Shown here: positions 9,142 through 19,370 of the stretch, one piece after another
Layout: the number at the start of each line of letters is the position of its first letter
How positions within the stretch are numbered: the stretch's first letter is position 1
DNA from: an uncultured Clostridia bacterium
GTDB lineage: Bacteria > Bacillota > Clostridia > TANB77 > CAG-508
Assembly (NCBI GenBank): GCA_963558245.1
Contig: CAUWGA010000003.1
Location: forward strand, 1,709 to 65,708
Length of the DNA stretch: 64,000 bases
Reading direction: 5' to 3'
The notes under the pieces: generated by a model
What the model saw: the letters and a program-made list of their open reading frames with translations, nothing else
Database searches by the model: none
What the model was told of the DNA's origin: nothing
Made by a program: the position numbers and the translations under genes

Positions 9142-10338
9142 TCACTCTCCCTTTCCTATTAATTTTTTATGTAATAAGTCTACAAGTTCATCTTCAATAT
9201 CATTTAACACAATTTCTATTTTAGATTGAGTTAAACTGATGTTTTCAATTTCAATATTATGTGCTTTTAGCAATTCTATTGTTTGATTTAGTACTTTATT
9301 ATCTTGAATTATTCCATAACCTATAATAGTTAATTTTACTAATTGTTTTTGAGAGATATTATATTCTGGATATTTGCTATCTAATAATTCTTGTACCTTA
9401 TTCAATTCTGCTTTTTTTATCCTAAATTTAAGTGTATTTTCTTCTTTTTCAAACCACTCTACAATTATATTTTTATTTAATAAATCTTGATATAGTTTAT
9501 ATTCGTCGTTTTTACTTATATTTTCATTTTTTATTAAAGAAATCACCAATAAAGCCTCGTTTTTTACGATGCTTTTTACTTCTCTTGTTTCTATTCCTTT
9601 ACAAACCTTAGTTCCTCCATTTTCAGAGAAAGTAGATTTTGCTATAATATCTATTCCAAATTTTTTACCGATTTGAATACATCTATTATGCAATACTTTG
9701 GCTCCTGAATCTGCAATTTCTTGCATTTCGTCAAAAGATATTTCGTCTAATCTTTTTGCCATAGTAACCATATTAGGGTCTGCTGAATATATACCATCTA
9801 CATCTGAAAATATATAACATTTGTCAGCATGTAATGCTGCTTGTAATGCTACTGCTGTTGTATCAGAACCACCTCTACCTAAAGTAGTTATATCTCCTTT
9901 ATCATCTATTCCTTGGAACCCTGCTACTATTACAATTTTTCCATTTTCTAATTCTTCTTCAATTCTTTTTGTATAAATCTCTTTTATTTTTGCACTGCCA
10001 TGAACTAAATTTGTTTTTATACCAGCTTGCCACCCTGTTAGTGCTGTTGTTTGGTATCCTTTGCGATTTAATAGAATACTTAATTTAGATGCTGTTATTT
10101 GTTCTCCTGTTGATAATAACATATCCATTTCTCTTTCTTCTGGGACTGCTGATAGTTCTTGTGCTTCTTTAATTAGTTTATCTGTAGTTTTTCCTTGAGC
10201 TGAAACTACTACCACTATGTTTTCAGCTTCTTTTTCTTTTAAGCTAATAATTTTTTGTGCAACAACATTTAGTTTTATGTTGTCCGCTACTGAACTTCCT
10301 CCAAATTTTAATACTATTATTTTATTTTTTGTGTCCAT
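9142..10338 (-). CDS. lysC: Aspartate kinase
   Basis: KFGGSSV and GRGGSDTTA motifs with C-terminal ACT-like repeats. Confidence 0.9.
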   Translation of the reverse strand: MDTKNKIIVLKFGGSSVADNIKLNVVAQKIISLKEKEAENIVVVVSAQGKTTDKLIKEAQELSAVPEEREMDMLLSTGEQITASKLSILLNRKGYQTTALTGWQAGIKTNLVHGSAKIKEIYTKRIEEELENGKIVIVAGFQGIDDKGDITTLGRGGSDTTAVALQAALHADKCYIFSDVDGIYSADPNMVTMAKRLDEISFDEMQEIADSGAKVLHNRCIQIGKKFGIDIIAKSTFSENGGTKVCKGIETREVKSIVKNEALLVISLIKNENISKNDEYKLYQDLLNKNIIVEWFEKEENTLKFRIKKAELNKVQELLDSKYPEYNISQKQLVKLTIIGYGIIQDNKVLNQTIELLKAHNIEIENISLTQSKIEIVLNDIEDELVDLLHKKLIGKGE

Positions 10339-10518
10339 ATTGTCACAACCTTTGTTTTCTGTAAGCTTATCTAATTATAGATATTGCTTTTCTATTTTGT
10401 TATTATATTATATATTTATGCTATTTTCAAGTAATGATTGTATAATTTAGATACGAATTTTAAAATACTTTCTATTCATTTTCAATTATATACATTATAT
10501 TTATCTTATAAACAACGC

Positions 10519-10549
10519 AAAAGCCCTTCAATTATATTGAAAGGCTTTA
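10519..10549 (-). terminator. Hairpin plus T-rich tail after the Spo0E-like gene
   Basis: AAGCCCTTCAA / TTGAAAGGCTT stem 3 nt after the stop, followed by TTTGCGTTGTT on the minus strand. Confidence 0.45.
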
Positions 10550-10551
10550 AT

Positions 10552-10722
10552 TTATATTGGCATCTTCATCAGTTTTTTTTTATTATTTTTTATATCTTTA
10601 TAATATTGAGCAATAAGTTCATCTAACTCTATACTAATTTTATATATAATTGAATAATCTTCACCTTGTTCAATACTCTTATTTAATTTATCTCTTAATT
10701 TACAAATTTCATCGTTCAACAT
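10552..10722 (-). CDS. Spo0E-family sporulation regulatory aspartyl-phosphate phosphatase (56 aa)
   Basis: Hand translation is MLNDEICKLRDKLNKSIEQGEDYSIIYKISIELDELIAQYYKDIKNNKKKLMKMPI. It has the Spo0E-like two-helix pattern (I..LR..L ... S.ELD.LI..Y) and the RBS GGAAGGAGA. Below the ORF-track cutoff. Confidence 0.6.
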   Translation of the reverse strand: MLNDEICKLRDKLNKSIEQGEDYSIIYKISIELDELIAQYYKDIKNNKKKLMKMPI

Positions 10723-10860
10723 ATTATTTCTCCTTCCTAATTTGCTTTCTTTTGTATATTAATAAATTACCATATTGTTTTTTATAAGTCAATAATTTTC
10801 AAGCTGTTTGGGCAATTTTCGTATGACGAATTTTCCTATTTTTCGACACCTTTAGACAGC

Positions 10861-10902
10861 AAAAAACGGTATTATATTTTTTAATTTATAAATACCGTTT
10901 TT
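10861..10902 (-). terminator. Rho-independent terminator after the M16 peptidase gene
   Basis: AAACGGTATT / AATACCGTTT stem followed by six T on the minus strand. Confidence 0.6.
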
Positions 10903-10941
10903 ATTACATTTTTTGTTTTTTACTTTTTTATACATTTTTAT

Positions 10942-12219
10942 TTAATTTTTCACAATAGATAACACCATTTTTTCTTCTTTAAATACACTTTTTAACAATT
11001 GATTCAAATATTCTACATTAACTCTATTTATATCTTCTAAATAGTCAAAAGTGCAAATACCTTTTAATGCATCTGTTAAAAACATCCTTGCTATGTCTGA
11101 AACATCATTATATTCTCTTATATATTCACCATATTCTTTTTTCTTTAACCTTTCAAAATCTTCTACGTTTATTCCTTCTTTTTGCATTTTTTCTACTGTT
11201 TTCTTAAATTCTTTATATACAAACTCTGGTTCATTTGACTGACCTGTTATTAATATATGTGAATACTTTCTTCCTACTTCGTAACTTAAGCTTGGCTCTC
11301 CAAATATCTTTCCATCTTCATACAATTTTTTATATAATTGTGAACTTTTTCCGAAGATTAAATCTAATAATATTTCCATTGCAATATATCTTTTCACTTG
11401 TTCATTTGAATCTAATTTATTTACATCTTCTTTTATCCCTATTGTATATAGTGGTTGACTTACTTCTAGCTTTTCTTCTATATATGGTTGTACTATTTCT
11501 TCTGGTTCATCTGAATTTATTCTTCTTATTTCTCCTTTTGCTTCAGTTTTTATAAGTCTTTTCTTTACATCTTCGATAATTTTTTCTGGTTCAAAATCTC
11601 CTGCAATTACCATTATCATATTTGATGGGTGATAAAATGTTTTATAACATTTATATAAAATTTCTTTATCAATATGACTTATCGTCTCAATTGTACCTGT
11701 TATATCTATTTTTATAGGGTTATTATGATACATAGCATTTAGGGCATTTAAATATACTTTCCATTCTGGATAGTCGTCATACATTCTAATTTCTTGACCT
11801 ATAATCCCTTTTTCTTTTTCTACATTTTCGTCTGTAAAATATGGATGTTGTACATAATCCATTAGCTCGTCCATTGCAGGATAAAAATTATCTGTACATT
11901 CAAACAAATATGCTGTGTGATCATTTGTTGTATATGCATTAGCATTAACTCCTAATGCTGTTAATGTATCTAGACTATTCGTTCCATCTGGTTGTTCAAA
12001 TAACTTATGTTCTAAAAAGTGGGCCACTCCATTTGGAACCTCAGTAATCTTGCTTTCTCCTGGTACAATAAATTTATTATCATTTGAGCCATAGTTAGTC
12101 CCCCATATCATATATTTTTTTTGCATTCCTTTTTTAGGAAATATAATAACAGTTAAACCATTTTTCAGTTTTTCTATATATACCTTTTCTTTAACTTTTG
12201 AGTTTTCTATTATCTTCAT
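10942..12219 (-). CDS. M16 (insulinase/pitrilysin) family zinc peptidase, active subunit
   Basis: HFLEHKLF (HxxEH) zinc motif. Start trimmed to ATG 12219, because the 22-codon extension in the track reads into the intergenic palindrome. Confidence 0.8.
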   Translation of the reverse strand: MKIIENSKVKEKVYIEKLKNGLTVIIFPKKGMQKKYMIWGTNYGSNDNKFIVPGESKITEVPNGVAHFLEHKLFEQPDGTNSLDTLTALGVNANAYTTNDHTAYLFECTDNFYPAMDELMDYVQHPYFTDENVEKEKGIIGQEIRMYDDYPEWKVYLNALNAMYHNNPIKIDITGTIETISHIDKEILYKCYKTFYHPSNMIMVIAGDFEPEKIIEDVKKRLIKTEAKGEIRRINSDEPEEIVQPYIEEKLEVSQPLYTIGIKEDVNKLDSNEQVKRYIAMEILLDLIFGKSSQLYKKLYEDGKIFGEPSLSYEVGRKYSHILITGQSNEPEFVYKEFKKTVEKMQKEGINVEDFERLKKKEYGEYIREYNDVSDIARMFLTDALKGICTFDYLEDINRVNVEYLNQLLKSVFKEEKMVLSIVKN

Positions 12220-12252
12220 ATATTTTACTATCCCTTCCTTAGGCACAAATCT

Positions 12253-12375
12253 AGTTGGAAAAGAATTGGATATTTGTCTAGGCAAATGAGATTTTAATTT
12301 ATTAGGCGTACGCAGGTACGTTGATTAAATTAAAATCGAAATTTAACGACGATAAATGCCAATTATTTTTCAACT
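12253..12375. repeat. Long imperfect palindrome between the two M16 genes
   Basis: The centre is CGTAC-GCAG-GTACG (12307-12320), extended by GATTTTAATTTA / TAAATTAAAATC and outer arms AGTTGGAAAAGAATTGG / CCAATTATTTTTCAACT. Confidence 0.7.
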
Positions 12376-12423
12376 TTTCTTTCTCCTAATAATTTTAATC
12401 ATACAGTTTATATAATTTTATCA

Positions 12424-13689
12424 TTAATTTTTCAGAAAATAGATTGTATTTATATTTACTTTTTTAGCAATTTTTATTATATCTTCTTTAGTGATACTTT
12501 TTATTCTTTCAATATATTTTTCTGGTATTATCCTTTGTTCTGATAACTCTTGTGAAAAATAATACGTAATTGCTGTGTCTTGTTCATCTTCAATTAAATT
12601 TATAGTTGCTATTATAACCTTTTTACAATTTTCTAATTCTTCTTCTGTAAATTTTCCTTGTTTCATATCTTCTATTTGTTCTTTTACTATTTTTAGTGCT
12701 TTTTCAAAATTTTCAATTTCTATACCACAATTTATTAATATATTATTTTTAAATCTATAATAATTAGAAGATGCGGCATATGCTAAATGTGCTTTTTCAC
12801 GTACATTTTGAAACAACTTAGAGTTAGCAGAACCTCCTAATATGGTATTATATGTTAAAACATCATATTTTTCATCATCGTTGTTTATTGATATATTTAA
12901 ACCTAACACTAGCTTTCCTTGTGATACATCTAAACTTTCTGTTATTATTTTTTCTTCTACCTCTCTATTTACTATTTCTGGTTTATTATAGATAACATCT
13001 CTTTCTTTTAATTTTTTAATATTCTCATTTTCTTTTATTAATTCTTCTTCATTTCCTTGTAATTCTCCTGATAAAAAGATATCTACTTTGCAATTCTGAA
13101 TTAATTCTTCATAATATTCATATAAATCTTTTGCATTTATTTTTTCTAAATCTTCTATATATCCGAATTTAAATAATCCATATGGTTCATTTTTATACAT
13201 TTCTGATAAGCATCTTTCTTGTGCGTATCTTGCTTTATTATCTATTTTTGCTTCAATAACCTTTCTTAGCATATTCTTTTCTTGTTCTACATATTGTTCT
13301 TTAAATCCACCATTTTCTGTATATGGATTAAAAGCTATTTCTAATAGTTTTTCAGTTGATGTTTTCAACATATTTTCACCAAGTTGTGGTAAATATTTAT
13401 CATTTATTGTTTCTATATATAGTTTTATTACTTGATTATCTCCTGTTTTGTCTAATCCTGAATTAAATATTGCTCCATAAAGTTCTTCCATTTGTTTTGT
13501 TATTTCTTCTTGTGTTTTCATGTTTTTACTACCTTGTCTTAAAAGCATAGAAATTAGAGCATTTTTAGTTACATTTTCTCTATTTAATTTTGTTGTTAAA
13601 AATATTGCCATAAGATTAGTTTTAAATTTGTTTGTTTTTATTGTATGGAATTTAATTCCTTTTTTTATTTCAATTGTTTTATAGTCCAT
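12424..13689 (-). CDS. M16-family peptidase-like protein lacking the HxxEH motif (likely non-catalytic partner)
   Basis: Length and M16-like layout, paired with the adjacent active M16 gene. I saw no HxxEH motif. Confidence 0.65.
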   Translation of the reverse strand: MDYKTIEIKKGIKFHTIKTNKFKTNLMAIFLTTKLNRENVTKNALISMLLRQGSKNMKTQEEITKQMEELYGAIFNSGLDKTGDNQVIKLYIETINDKYLPQLGENMLKTSTEKLLEIAFNPYTENGGFKEQYVEQEKNMLRKVIEAKIDNKARYAQERCLSEMYKNEPYGLFKFGYIEDLEKINAKDLYEYYEELIQNCKVDIFLSGELQGNEEELIKENENIKKLKERDVIYNKPEIVNREVEEKIITESLDVSQGKLVLGLNISINNDDEKYDVLTYNTILGGSANSKLFQNVREKAHLAYAASSNYYRFKNNILINCGIEIENFEKALKIVKEQIEDMKQGKFTEEELENCKKVIIATINLIEDEQDTAITYYFSQELSEQRIIPEKYIERIKSITKEDIIKIAKKVNINTIYFLKN

Positions 13690-13890
13690 TAAAATTCCTC
13701 CTTTTTATTCTTACTTATTATACACTATAATTATGGTTTTATTAATAGATTTGAAATATTTTATTTTAATTTATCATAAACTAATAAAAACTTGAAAATT
13801 GGAAATAATATTGATAAAATTAGGCTATCAAAATGTAGTATCTTTATGAAAATTTTATATAGCCAAATTGGCAGAATTGGAGGTTTTTCA

Positions 13891-14967
13891 ATGGAAAGAA
13901 AAGTAAAAGTTGTACAATATGGTGTAGGCAAAATGAGTTTATACACAATGAGATATGTGTATGAAAAGGGTGGAGAAATTGTTGGTGCAATTGATGTTAA
14001 TCCAGCTGTAATCGGGAAAGATATTGGTGAAATTTTAGGTACTGAGAATAAAGGTGTAAAAGTTGTAAGTACTGAAAACGCTAGACAAATGTTAGAAGAA
14101 GTTAAACCTGATATTGCAATTGTTACTACTATGAGCTTATTAAGTGATGTAGAAGATGCTTTATTATTATGTGCAGAGCTTGGAATTAATGCTATTACAA
14201 CTTGTGAAGAAGCATTTTACCCATCAAATTCTAATCCAAATTTAACTAATAAAATAGATGAATTAGCTAAAAAGAATAATTGTACTATAACAGGAAGTGG
14301 TTATCAAGATATTTATTGGGGGCAATTAATTTCTTCTATTGCTGGTTCTACTCAAAAAATAACAAAAATCAAAGGTAGCTCAAGTTATAATGTTGAAGAA
14401 TATGGTATAGCTCTAGCTAAAGCACATGGAGCTGGACTTACTTTAGATGATTTTGACAAAGAAGTTGCTTCTGTTGATAGAATAAGTGATGAAGAAAGAC
14501 AAAATATAATTAATTCTGGAAATTACTTACCTTCTTATATGTGGAATGTAAATGGTTGGTTATGTGAAAAATTAGGACTAACTGTTAAATCTCAAACACA
14601 AAAATGTGTTCCTCAAACTTATAAAGAAGATTTATATTCTACTACTTTAGGTATGACTGTTAAAGCTGGTGATGCAACTGGTATGAGTGCTGTAGTTACT
14701 ACTGAAACTGAAGAAGGAATTACTATTGAAAGTGAATGTATTGGTAAAGTATATGCACCAGATGAATTTGATAAAAATGAATGGACTATTTATGGTGAAC
14801 CTGATACAACTATAGTTGTTGCTAAACCTGCTACAGTTGAACTAACTTGTGGTTCTGTTGTAAATAGAATTCCTGATGTTATTAATTCTAAGCCTGGATA
14901 TGTTCCAACTTGTGAATTTGGAGAATTGAATTTTAAAATAAAACCATTAAATGAATATATAAAATAA
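13891..14967 (+). CDS. NAD(P)-binding DapB-N-like oxidoreductase (amine dehydrogenase / 2,4-diaminopentanoate dehydrogenase-like family)
   Basis: N-terminal KVKVVQYGVGKMS Rossmann start. Start set at ATG 13891 (RBS GGAGG 7 nt upstream). The family assignment is from general resemblance only. Confidence 0.45.
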   Translation: MERKVKVVQYGVGKMSLYTMRYVYEKGGEIVGAIDVNPAVIGKDIGEILGTENKGVKVVSTENARQMLEEVKPDIAIVTTMSLLSDVEDALLLCAELGINAITTCEEAFYPSNSNPNLTNKIDELAKKNNCTITGSGYQDIYWGQLISSIAGSTQKITKIKGSSSYNVEEYGIALAKAHGAGLTLDDFDKEVASVDRISDEERQNIINSGNYLPSYMWNVNGWLCEKLGLTVKSQTQKCVPQTYKEDLYSTTLGMTVKAGDATGMSAVVTTETEEGITIESECIGKVYAPDEFDKNEWTIYGEPDTTIVVAKPATVELTCGSVVNRIPDVINSKPGYVPTCEFGELNFKIKPLNEYIK

Positions 14968-15031
14968 AAGATATTCATTTTGCATTACTTATTTTAGTTA
15001 TTAAACTCGATTATATACTAACACTTAAAAA

Positions 15032-15061
15032 GGAGAATTAGATGTATAAAACTAATTCTCC
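15032..15061. terminator. Bidirectional terminator between the oxidoreductase gene and rpsU
   Basis: GGAGAATTAG / CTAATTCTCC 10-bp stem flanked by an A-run and a T-run. Confidence 0.65.
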
Positions 15062-15068
15062 CATTTTA

Positions 15069-15242
15069 TTAATTAAATTTTCTTTTTCTAGCAGCCTCTG
15101 ATTTTTTCTTTCTTTTTACGCTAGGTTTTTCGTAATGTTCTCTTTTACGTACTTCTTGAAGTACTCCATTACGTGCACATTGTCTTTTAAATCTCTTTAA
15201 AGCATCTTCTATATTACCATTATTAACTTTTATCTCTGACAT
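15069..15242 (-). CDS. rpsU: 30S ribosomal protein S21
   Basis: Hand translation is [57 protein letters not shown], with RBS GGAAGGAGGGG. Below the ORF-track cutoff. Confidence 0.9.
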   Translation of the reverse strand: MSEIKVNNGNIEDALKRFKRQCARNGVLQEVRKREHYEKPSVKRKKKSEAARKRKFN

Positions 15243-15304
15243 TTATTTCCCCTCCTTCCGGTCCATACAAAACGGTATGTGGGATAACCCTTATAACGTT
15301 ATAC

Positions 15305-15334
15305 ATTATACCTTAAAATAGCATATTTTGTCAA
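15305..15334 (-). promoter_or_regulatory. Sigma-A type promoter of rpsU
   Basis: On the minus strand: TTGACA, an 18-nt spacer, then TATAAT, about 60 nt upstream of the rpsU ATG. Confidence 0.5.
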
Positions 15335-15400
15335 TAGCTAGAGTTTAAATCTTTAATTTAACTTTTCATTATGTGTTACACTTCATACTAATTTTAAGTT

Positions 15401-15970
15401 CTAAAATGGATTTAAACTTCTTATAAACCCATTAGTTGCTGGAATAAACCATAAAATTATTCCAAGTATCAAAACTATAGCTATAGTTATACCTGCTGCT
15501 ATCCAGTCTTCTCTTTTTAGCCCTTTAGCTTCTTTAGGTAAGTTTCCTCTCTTTTTGAATACTTCTTTTGCAACATCAACAATCCCCATAAAAGTCCCTA
15601 CTCTATGTTGTTTTATTTCTTTTGGTTGCTCATTATATTGTATATTTTGTTCATATTCCTTTTCAACTTTTTTAGTTGTATTTCTTTTTGACTTCACATT
15701 TGTATTATTCAATTGATTTATATTTTGTTTAGTTGACTGTTTAGATAATATTTCCCTTTCTATTTCTGCATCATATTGATTTCTTAAAAAATTATCAGAA
15801 AGCACATGATATGCTTCATTTAATTCTCTTGTTCTTTCTTCTGCATATCTTCTTTCTTCTCCTACATATAAATCTGGATGACATTGTTTTATTAAAACTT
15901 TATAGGCTTTTTCTATTATTTCACTTGAAGCTTTTGGATTTACTTCTAACAACTCATAATAATTTTTCAT
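15401..15970 (-). CDS. J-domain (DnaJ-like) protein with C-terminal transmembrane anchor
   Basis: YYELLEVNPKASSEIIEKAYKVLIKQCHPD J-domain with HPD, plus the C-terminal helix WIAAGITIAIVLILGIILWFI. Start is ATG 15970, 6 nt after AGGAGA. Confidence 0.75.
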   Translation of the reverse strand: MKNYYELLEVNPKASSEIIEKAYKVLIKQCHPDLYVGEERRYAEERTRELNEAYHVLSDNFLRNQYDAEIEREILSKQSTKQNINQLNNTNVKSKRNTTKKVEKEYEQNIQYNEQPKEIKQHRVGTFMGIVDVAKEVFKKRGNLPKEAKGLKREDWIAAGITIAIVLILGIILWFIPATNGFIRSLNPF

Positions 15971-16118
15971 ATGCATTCTCCTGTTTTATCCTTGCAATTT
16001 TATGACATAATTCTATACTAAAAACTTCCAAATATCAAGATTTTTTGCTATATTTTATAAATGATTTTTATTCATGCTCCAGAACACAAAATCATTGATA
16101 ATTATTGATTTTTAAGTC

Positions 16119-16276
16119 GTGATTTTTGGGTTGGAGGAAAAAACATTTATACCTAGTTAATATATACATTATAAATAGCAAAACAAGTAGATATTATATA
16201 GCACACTTTATAAATAATACCTACTTGTTTTTTTATTAAATTTTCAAATAAATTTTTCCTGTGACCTCAAAATCAC
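16119..16276. repeat. Candidate MITE-like module: imperfect terminal inverted repeats around an 18-bp hairpin
   Basis: GTGATTTTTGGGTTGGAGGAAAAA (16119-) and its imperfect complement ending at 16276 match at 19/24 by hand. The inner hairpin pairs 16180-16197 with 16214-31. The right half is homologous to 24785-24873. Confidence 0.6.
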
Positions 16277-16291
16277 CAATATCATTTTTAA

Positions 16292-18100
16292 TTATCCATT
16301 AAATATAGCTTCAAACTCATCAGCTTCAATTTTTTCTTTTTCTAATAATACACCAGCTACTTGATGTAATTTATCTATGTTATCTGATAAAATTTGTTTT
16401 GCTTTATTATATCCTGTATCAACAATTCTTTTTGTTTCTTCGTCAATAACTGCTGCTGTTTCTTCTGAATATTCTTTTGCATGGGCTAAGTCTCTACCTA
16501 AAAATACTTCTTCTTGTCCTTGACCTAATGTTATTGTTCCTATTCTTTCGCTCATACCATATTGTGTAACCATACTTCTCGCAATTTTTGTAGCTCTTTC
16601 AATGTCATTACTTGCTCCTGTTGATATATCGTTTAATATAAGAGCTTCTGCTACTCTACCACCTAATAGTGATACTATATTTTCTTCCATTTCTGTTTTT
16701 GACATAAATGATTTATCTTCTGTTGGACGATACATTGTATATCCTCCAGCCATGCCTCTTGGTACTATTGATATTTGATGAACTGGGTCTTGTGTAGATA
16801 AGAAATGACTTACTACTGCATGACCAGCTTCATGATATGCAACTAATCTATTTTCTTTATCACTTCTTACTTTTGTTTTCTTTTCAGGTCCCATTGTTAC
16901 TTTAACCATAGCATCTTCGATTTCTCTCATACTTATTTCGTTTAAATTTCTTCTTGCAGCTAAAAGTGCTGCTTCATTTAATACATTCTCAAGGTCTGCT
17001 CCTGCAAATCCTGATGTATTTTTAGCTATTGTTTTTAAGTCCACATCATCTGCTAATCTTTTCTTTCTTGAGTGAACTTCTAATATTTGTTCTCTTGCTT
17101 TAACATCTGGCATTCCTACAACTATTTGTCTATCAAATCTACCCGCTCTAAGTAAAGCTTTGTCTAATACATCTGGTCTATTTGTTGCTGCAAGTACTAT
17201 TACACCCTCATTTGCTGCAAATCCATCCATTTCAACTAGTAATTGGTTTAATGTTTGCTCTCTTTCGTCATGTCCTCCACCAAGTCCAGCACCTCTTTGA
17301 CGTCCTACTGCATCAATTTCATCTATGAATATAATACATGGTGAATTCTTTTTGGCTTGATCAAATAAGTCTCTTACACGTGATGCACCAACACCAACAA
17401 ACATTTCAACAAAGTCTGAACCACTTATAATAAAGAATGGTACTCCTGCTTCTCCTGCAACAGCTTTTGCAAGTAATGTTTTACCTGTTCCTGGTTGCCC
17501 TACAAGTAGAACTCCTTTAGGAATTCTTGCTCCCATATCTGTATATTTTTTAGGATTTTTTAAAAATTCTACTATTTCTTCTAATTCTTCTTTTTCTTCA
17601 TCTACACCTGCTACATCTTCAAATGTGATTCTATTTTTATCTGCTGGTGTCATCATTTTGGCTTTACTTTTTCCAAATGTCATTGTTTTTCCACCTGCAT
17701 TGCCATTTCCAGCTCCACCCATCATTAAGAACCAGAATATAAAGAAGATTATTAATAATCCAAATGGTGTTAATAAACTAAGTACAGTCATAAATATTGA
17801 TTCTGATTTTTGCTCTAATGTAAAAGCTCCTTCTTTTAAATATTCTTCTGTATATGACATAAAGTTATCTACACTTGGAATATTTACTTCTTTTTTAATT
17901 TTATCATCTTTTAATGTTACTGTAGCTGTTTGAGAACTTGAATCAAGTTCTATATTTTCTACTTTTCCACTATTAATATCTGCTATTAATTCTGAATATT
18001 TTAAGTTTGAATTGCTATTTTCCACTATTGATGATAATACCACTAAAAATATTACTGCTATTATTAGCCACATCGCTAATGTTTTAATTCCGTTTTTCAA
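16292..18100 (-). CDS. ftsH: ATP-dependent zinc metalloprotease FtsH
   Basis: Walker [12 protein letters not shown] region and zinc site HEAGHA. TTG start after GGAGG. Confidence 0.95.
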   Translation of the reverse strand: MKNGIKTLAMWLIIAVIFLVVLSSIVENSNSNLKYSELIADINSGKVENIELDSSSQTATVTLKDDKIKKEVNIPSVDNFMSYTEEYLKEGAFTLEQKSESIFMTVLSLLTPFGLLIIFFIFWFLMMGGAGNGNAGGKTMTFGKSKAKMMTPADKNRITFEDVAGVDEEKEELEEIVEFLKNPKKYTDMGARIPKGVLLVGQPGTGKTLLAKAVAGEAGVPFFIISGSDFVEMFVGVGASRVRDLFDQAKKNSPCIIFIDEIDAVGRQRGAGLGGGHDEREQTLNQLLVEMDGFAANEGVIVLAATNRPDVLDKALLRAGRFDRQIVVGMPDVKAREQILEVHSRKKRLADDVDLKTIAKNTSGFAGADLENVLNEAALLAARRNLNEISMREIEDAMVKVTMGPEKKTKVRSDKENRLVAYHEAGHAVVSHFLSTQDPVHQISIVPRGMAGGYTMYRPTEDKSFMSKTEMEENIVSLLGGRVAEALILNDISTGASNDIERATKIARSMVTQYGMSERIGTITLGQGQEEVFLGRDLAHAKEYSEETAAVIDEETKRIVDTGYNKAKQILSDNIDKLHQVAGVLLEKEKIEADEFEAIFNG

Positions 18101-18233
18101 AATAATTTCCTCCTCTTGTTCCCCTTAATTTTTATCATATTGATTTATAACACATTATATTTTTTTTGTAAACAATTTTTTTGTGACTTTTTTATTACAT
18201 ACAAGCAGGTTTCGGGCAATTAGCTACGGCTAC

Positions 18234-19217
18234 TTATATTTGCTTTAAAAAATAAATTTTATGATTTTTTACTAAAATTTTTATTTTTTTGTTTGGCGTT
18301 AAATATTTATTACCTATATTCTTTTCACATAATCTAATTACATCTTCTATATGTATTTTTTCTATTCCTTTACTTGTATTAAAAAGCTTATTTATAGTAT
18401 ATATCAAAACTCTTGATTTTATTACTTTTTCTTGTTTATTGAATGCTTTTAAGTCTAAAATTATTTGATTTGGTACATCTTCTTCTATTAATAAATCCAT
18501 ATATGTTTTTATAATTTGTTTTTCAATATATTCTTCTTCTTCACATACTAATTGAGATAATCTTTCCAATGTATTTATAATGTTTGGATTAAATTCCTTT
18601 TGTATATACGGAATAACGACATTACGGATTTTATTTCTCGTATAAGTGTTATCAAAATTAGTTTTATCAATTCTTGGATTTATATTTTCTCTCTTACAAT
18701 ATGTTTCAATTTCGCTTCTTTCACATTCAATTAAAGGTCTTATATATTTTCCTCTCGCTGCTTCTATACCTTTTAGCCCTGAAATACCGCTTCCACGTAA
18801 TGTATTCATTATAATTGTTTCTGCTCTATCATTTTTATTATGTGCTATTGCAATTTTATTTGAATTTGTTTTTTCTAAAACTTCATCAAAAAATTCATAT
18901 CTCACTAATCTTCCTGCTTCTTCAGTACCTATTTTATTATTATTAGCAAGTTTTTGAACATCTATACTTTTTGAATAAAAATCTATGTTGTTTTTTTTGC
19001 AATAATTCTCCACAAATTTTTTATCTTCTTCTGCTTCTTCTCTTATCATGTGATTAACATGTGCAACACATAAAGTAAAATTTAATTTATCTCTTATTTT
19101 GATTAAAATATCTAACATTGCAATAGAATCTGGACCACCTGATACTGCCATAACAATTCTATCTCCTTCTTCTATTAAATTGAACTTTTTAATCGTATCT
19201 AAAACTTTTTTTTCCAT
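18234..19217 (-). CDS. tilS: tRNA(Ile)-lysidine synthetase
   Basis: PP-loop motif VSGGPDS and overall TilS length. Confidence 0.85.
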   Translation of the reverse strand: MEKKVLDTIKKFNLIEEGDRIVMAVSGGPDSIAMLDILIKIRDKLNFTLCVAHVNHMIREEAEEDKKFVENYCKKNNIDFYSKSIDVQKLANNNKIGTEEAGRLVRYEFFDEVLEKTNSNKIAIAHNKNDRAETIIMNTLRGSGISGLKGIEAARGKYIRPLIECERSEIETYCKRENINPRIDKTNFDNTYTRNKIRNVVIPYIQKEFNPNIINTLERLSQLVCEEEEYIEKQIIKTYMDLLIEEDVPNQIILDLKAFNKQEKVIKSRVLIYTINKLFNTSKGIEKIHIEDVIRLCEKNIGNKYLTPNKKIKILVKNHKIYFLKQI

Positions 19218-19262
19218 ATTATCACTTTCTTTAAAATAAATTTATTTTTTATATTAACTAAA

Positions 19263-19300
19263 ATATGAGAAAAGATAGTTTATAGCTATTTTTCTCATAT
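19263..19300 (-). terminator. Hairpin downstream of dnaB
   Basis: ATATGAGAAAA / TTTTCTCATAT 11-bp stem with only a short T tail. Confidence 0.4.
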
Positions 19301-19370
19301 CTAATATCATTAATTGCTAATTTTATCAATATAGTTAAACAATAAACATTTTAATTCTTTAATTTACTTT

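Noticed and set aside
10339-10551. An expected lysine riboswitch (L-box) or T-box leader upstream of the aspartokinase-dapA-dapB operon.
   Set aside because: The region is uniformly AT-rich and lacks the GC-rich conserved helices of an L-box. It mostly comprises the terminator of the upstream Spo0E-like gene.
13761-13946. A 61-aa minus-strand ORF, and the 33-codon N-terminal extension of the plus-strand oxidoreductase ORF, in the divergent promoter region.
   Set aside because: The Rossmann motif must sit at the extreme N-terminus, and ATG 13891 has a GGAGG RBS. The minus-strand ORF has no RBS or recognisable sequence.
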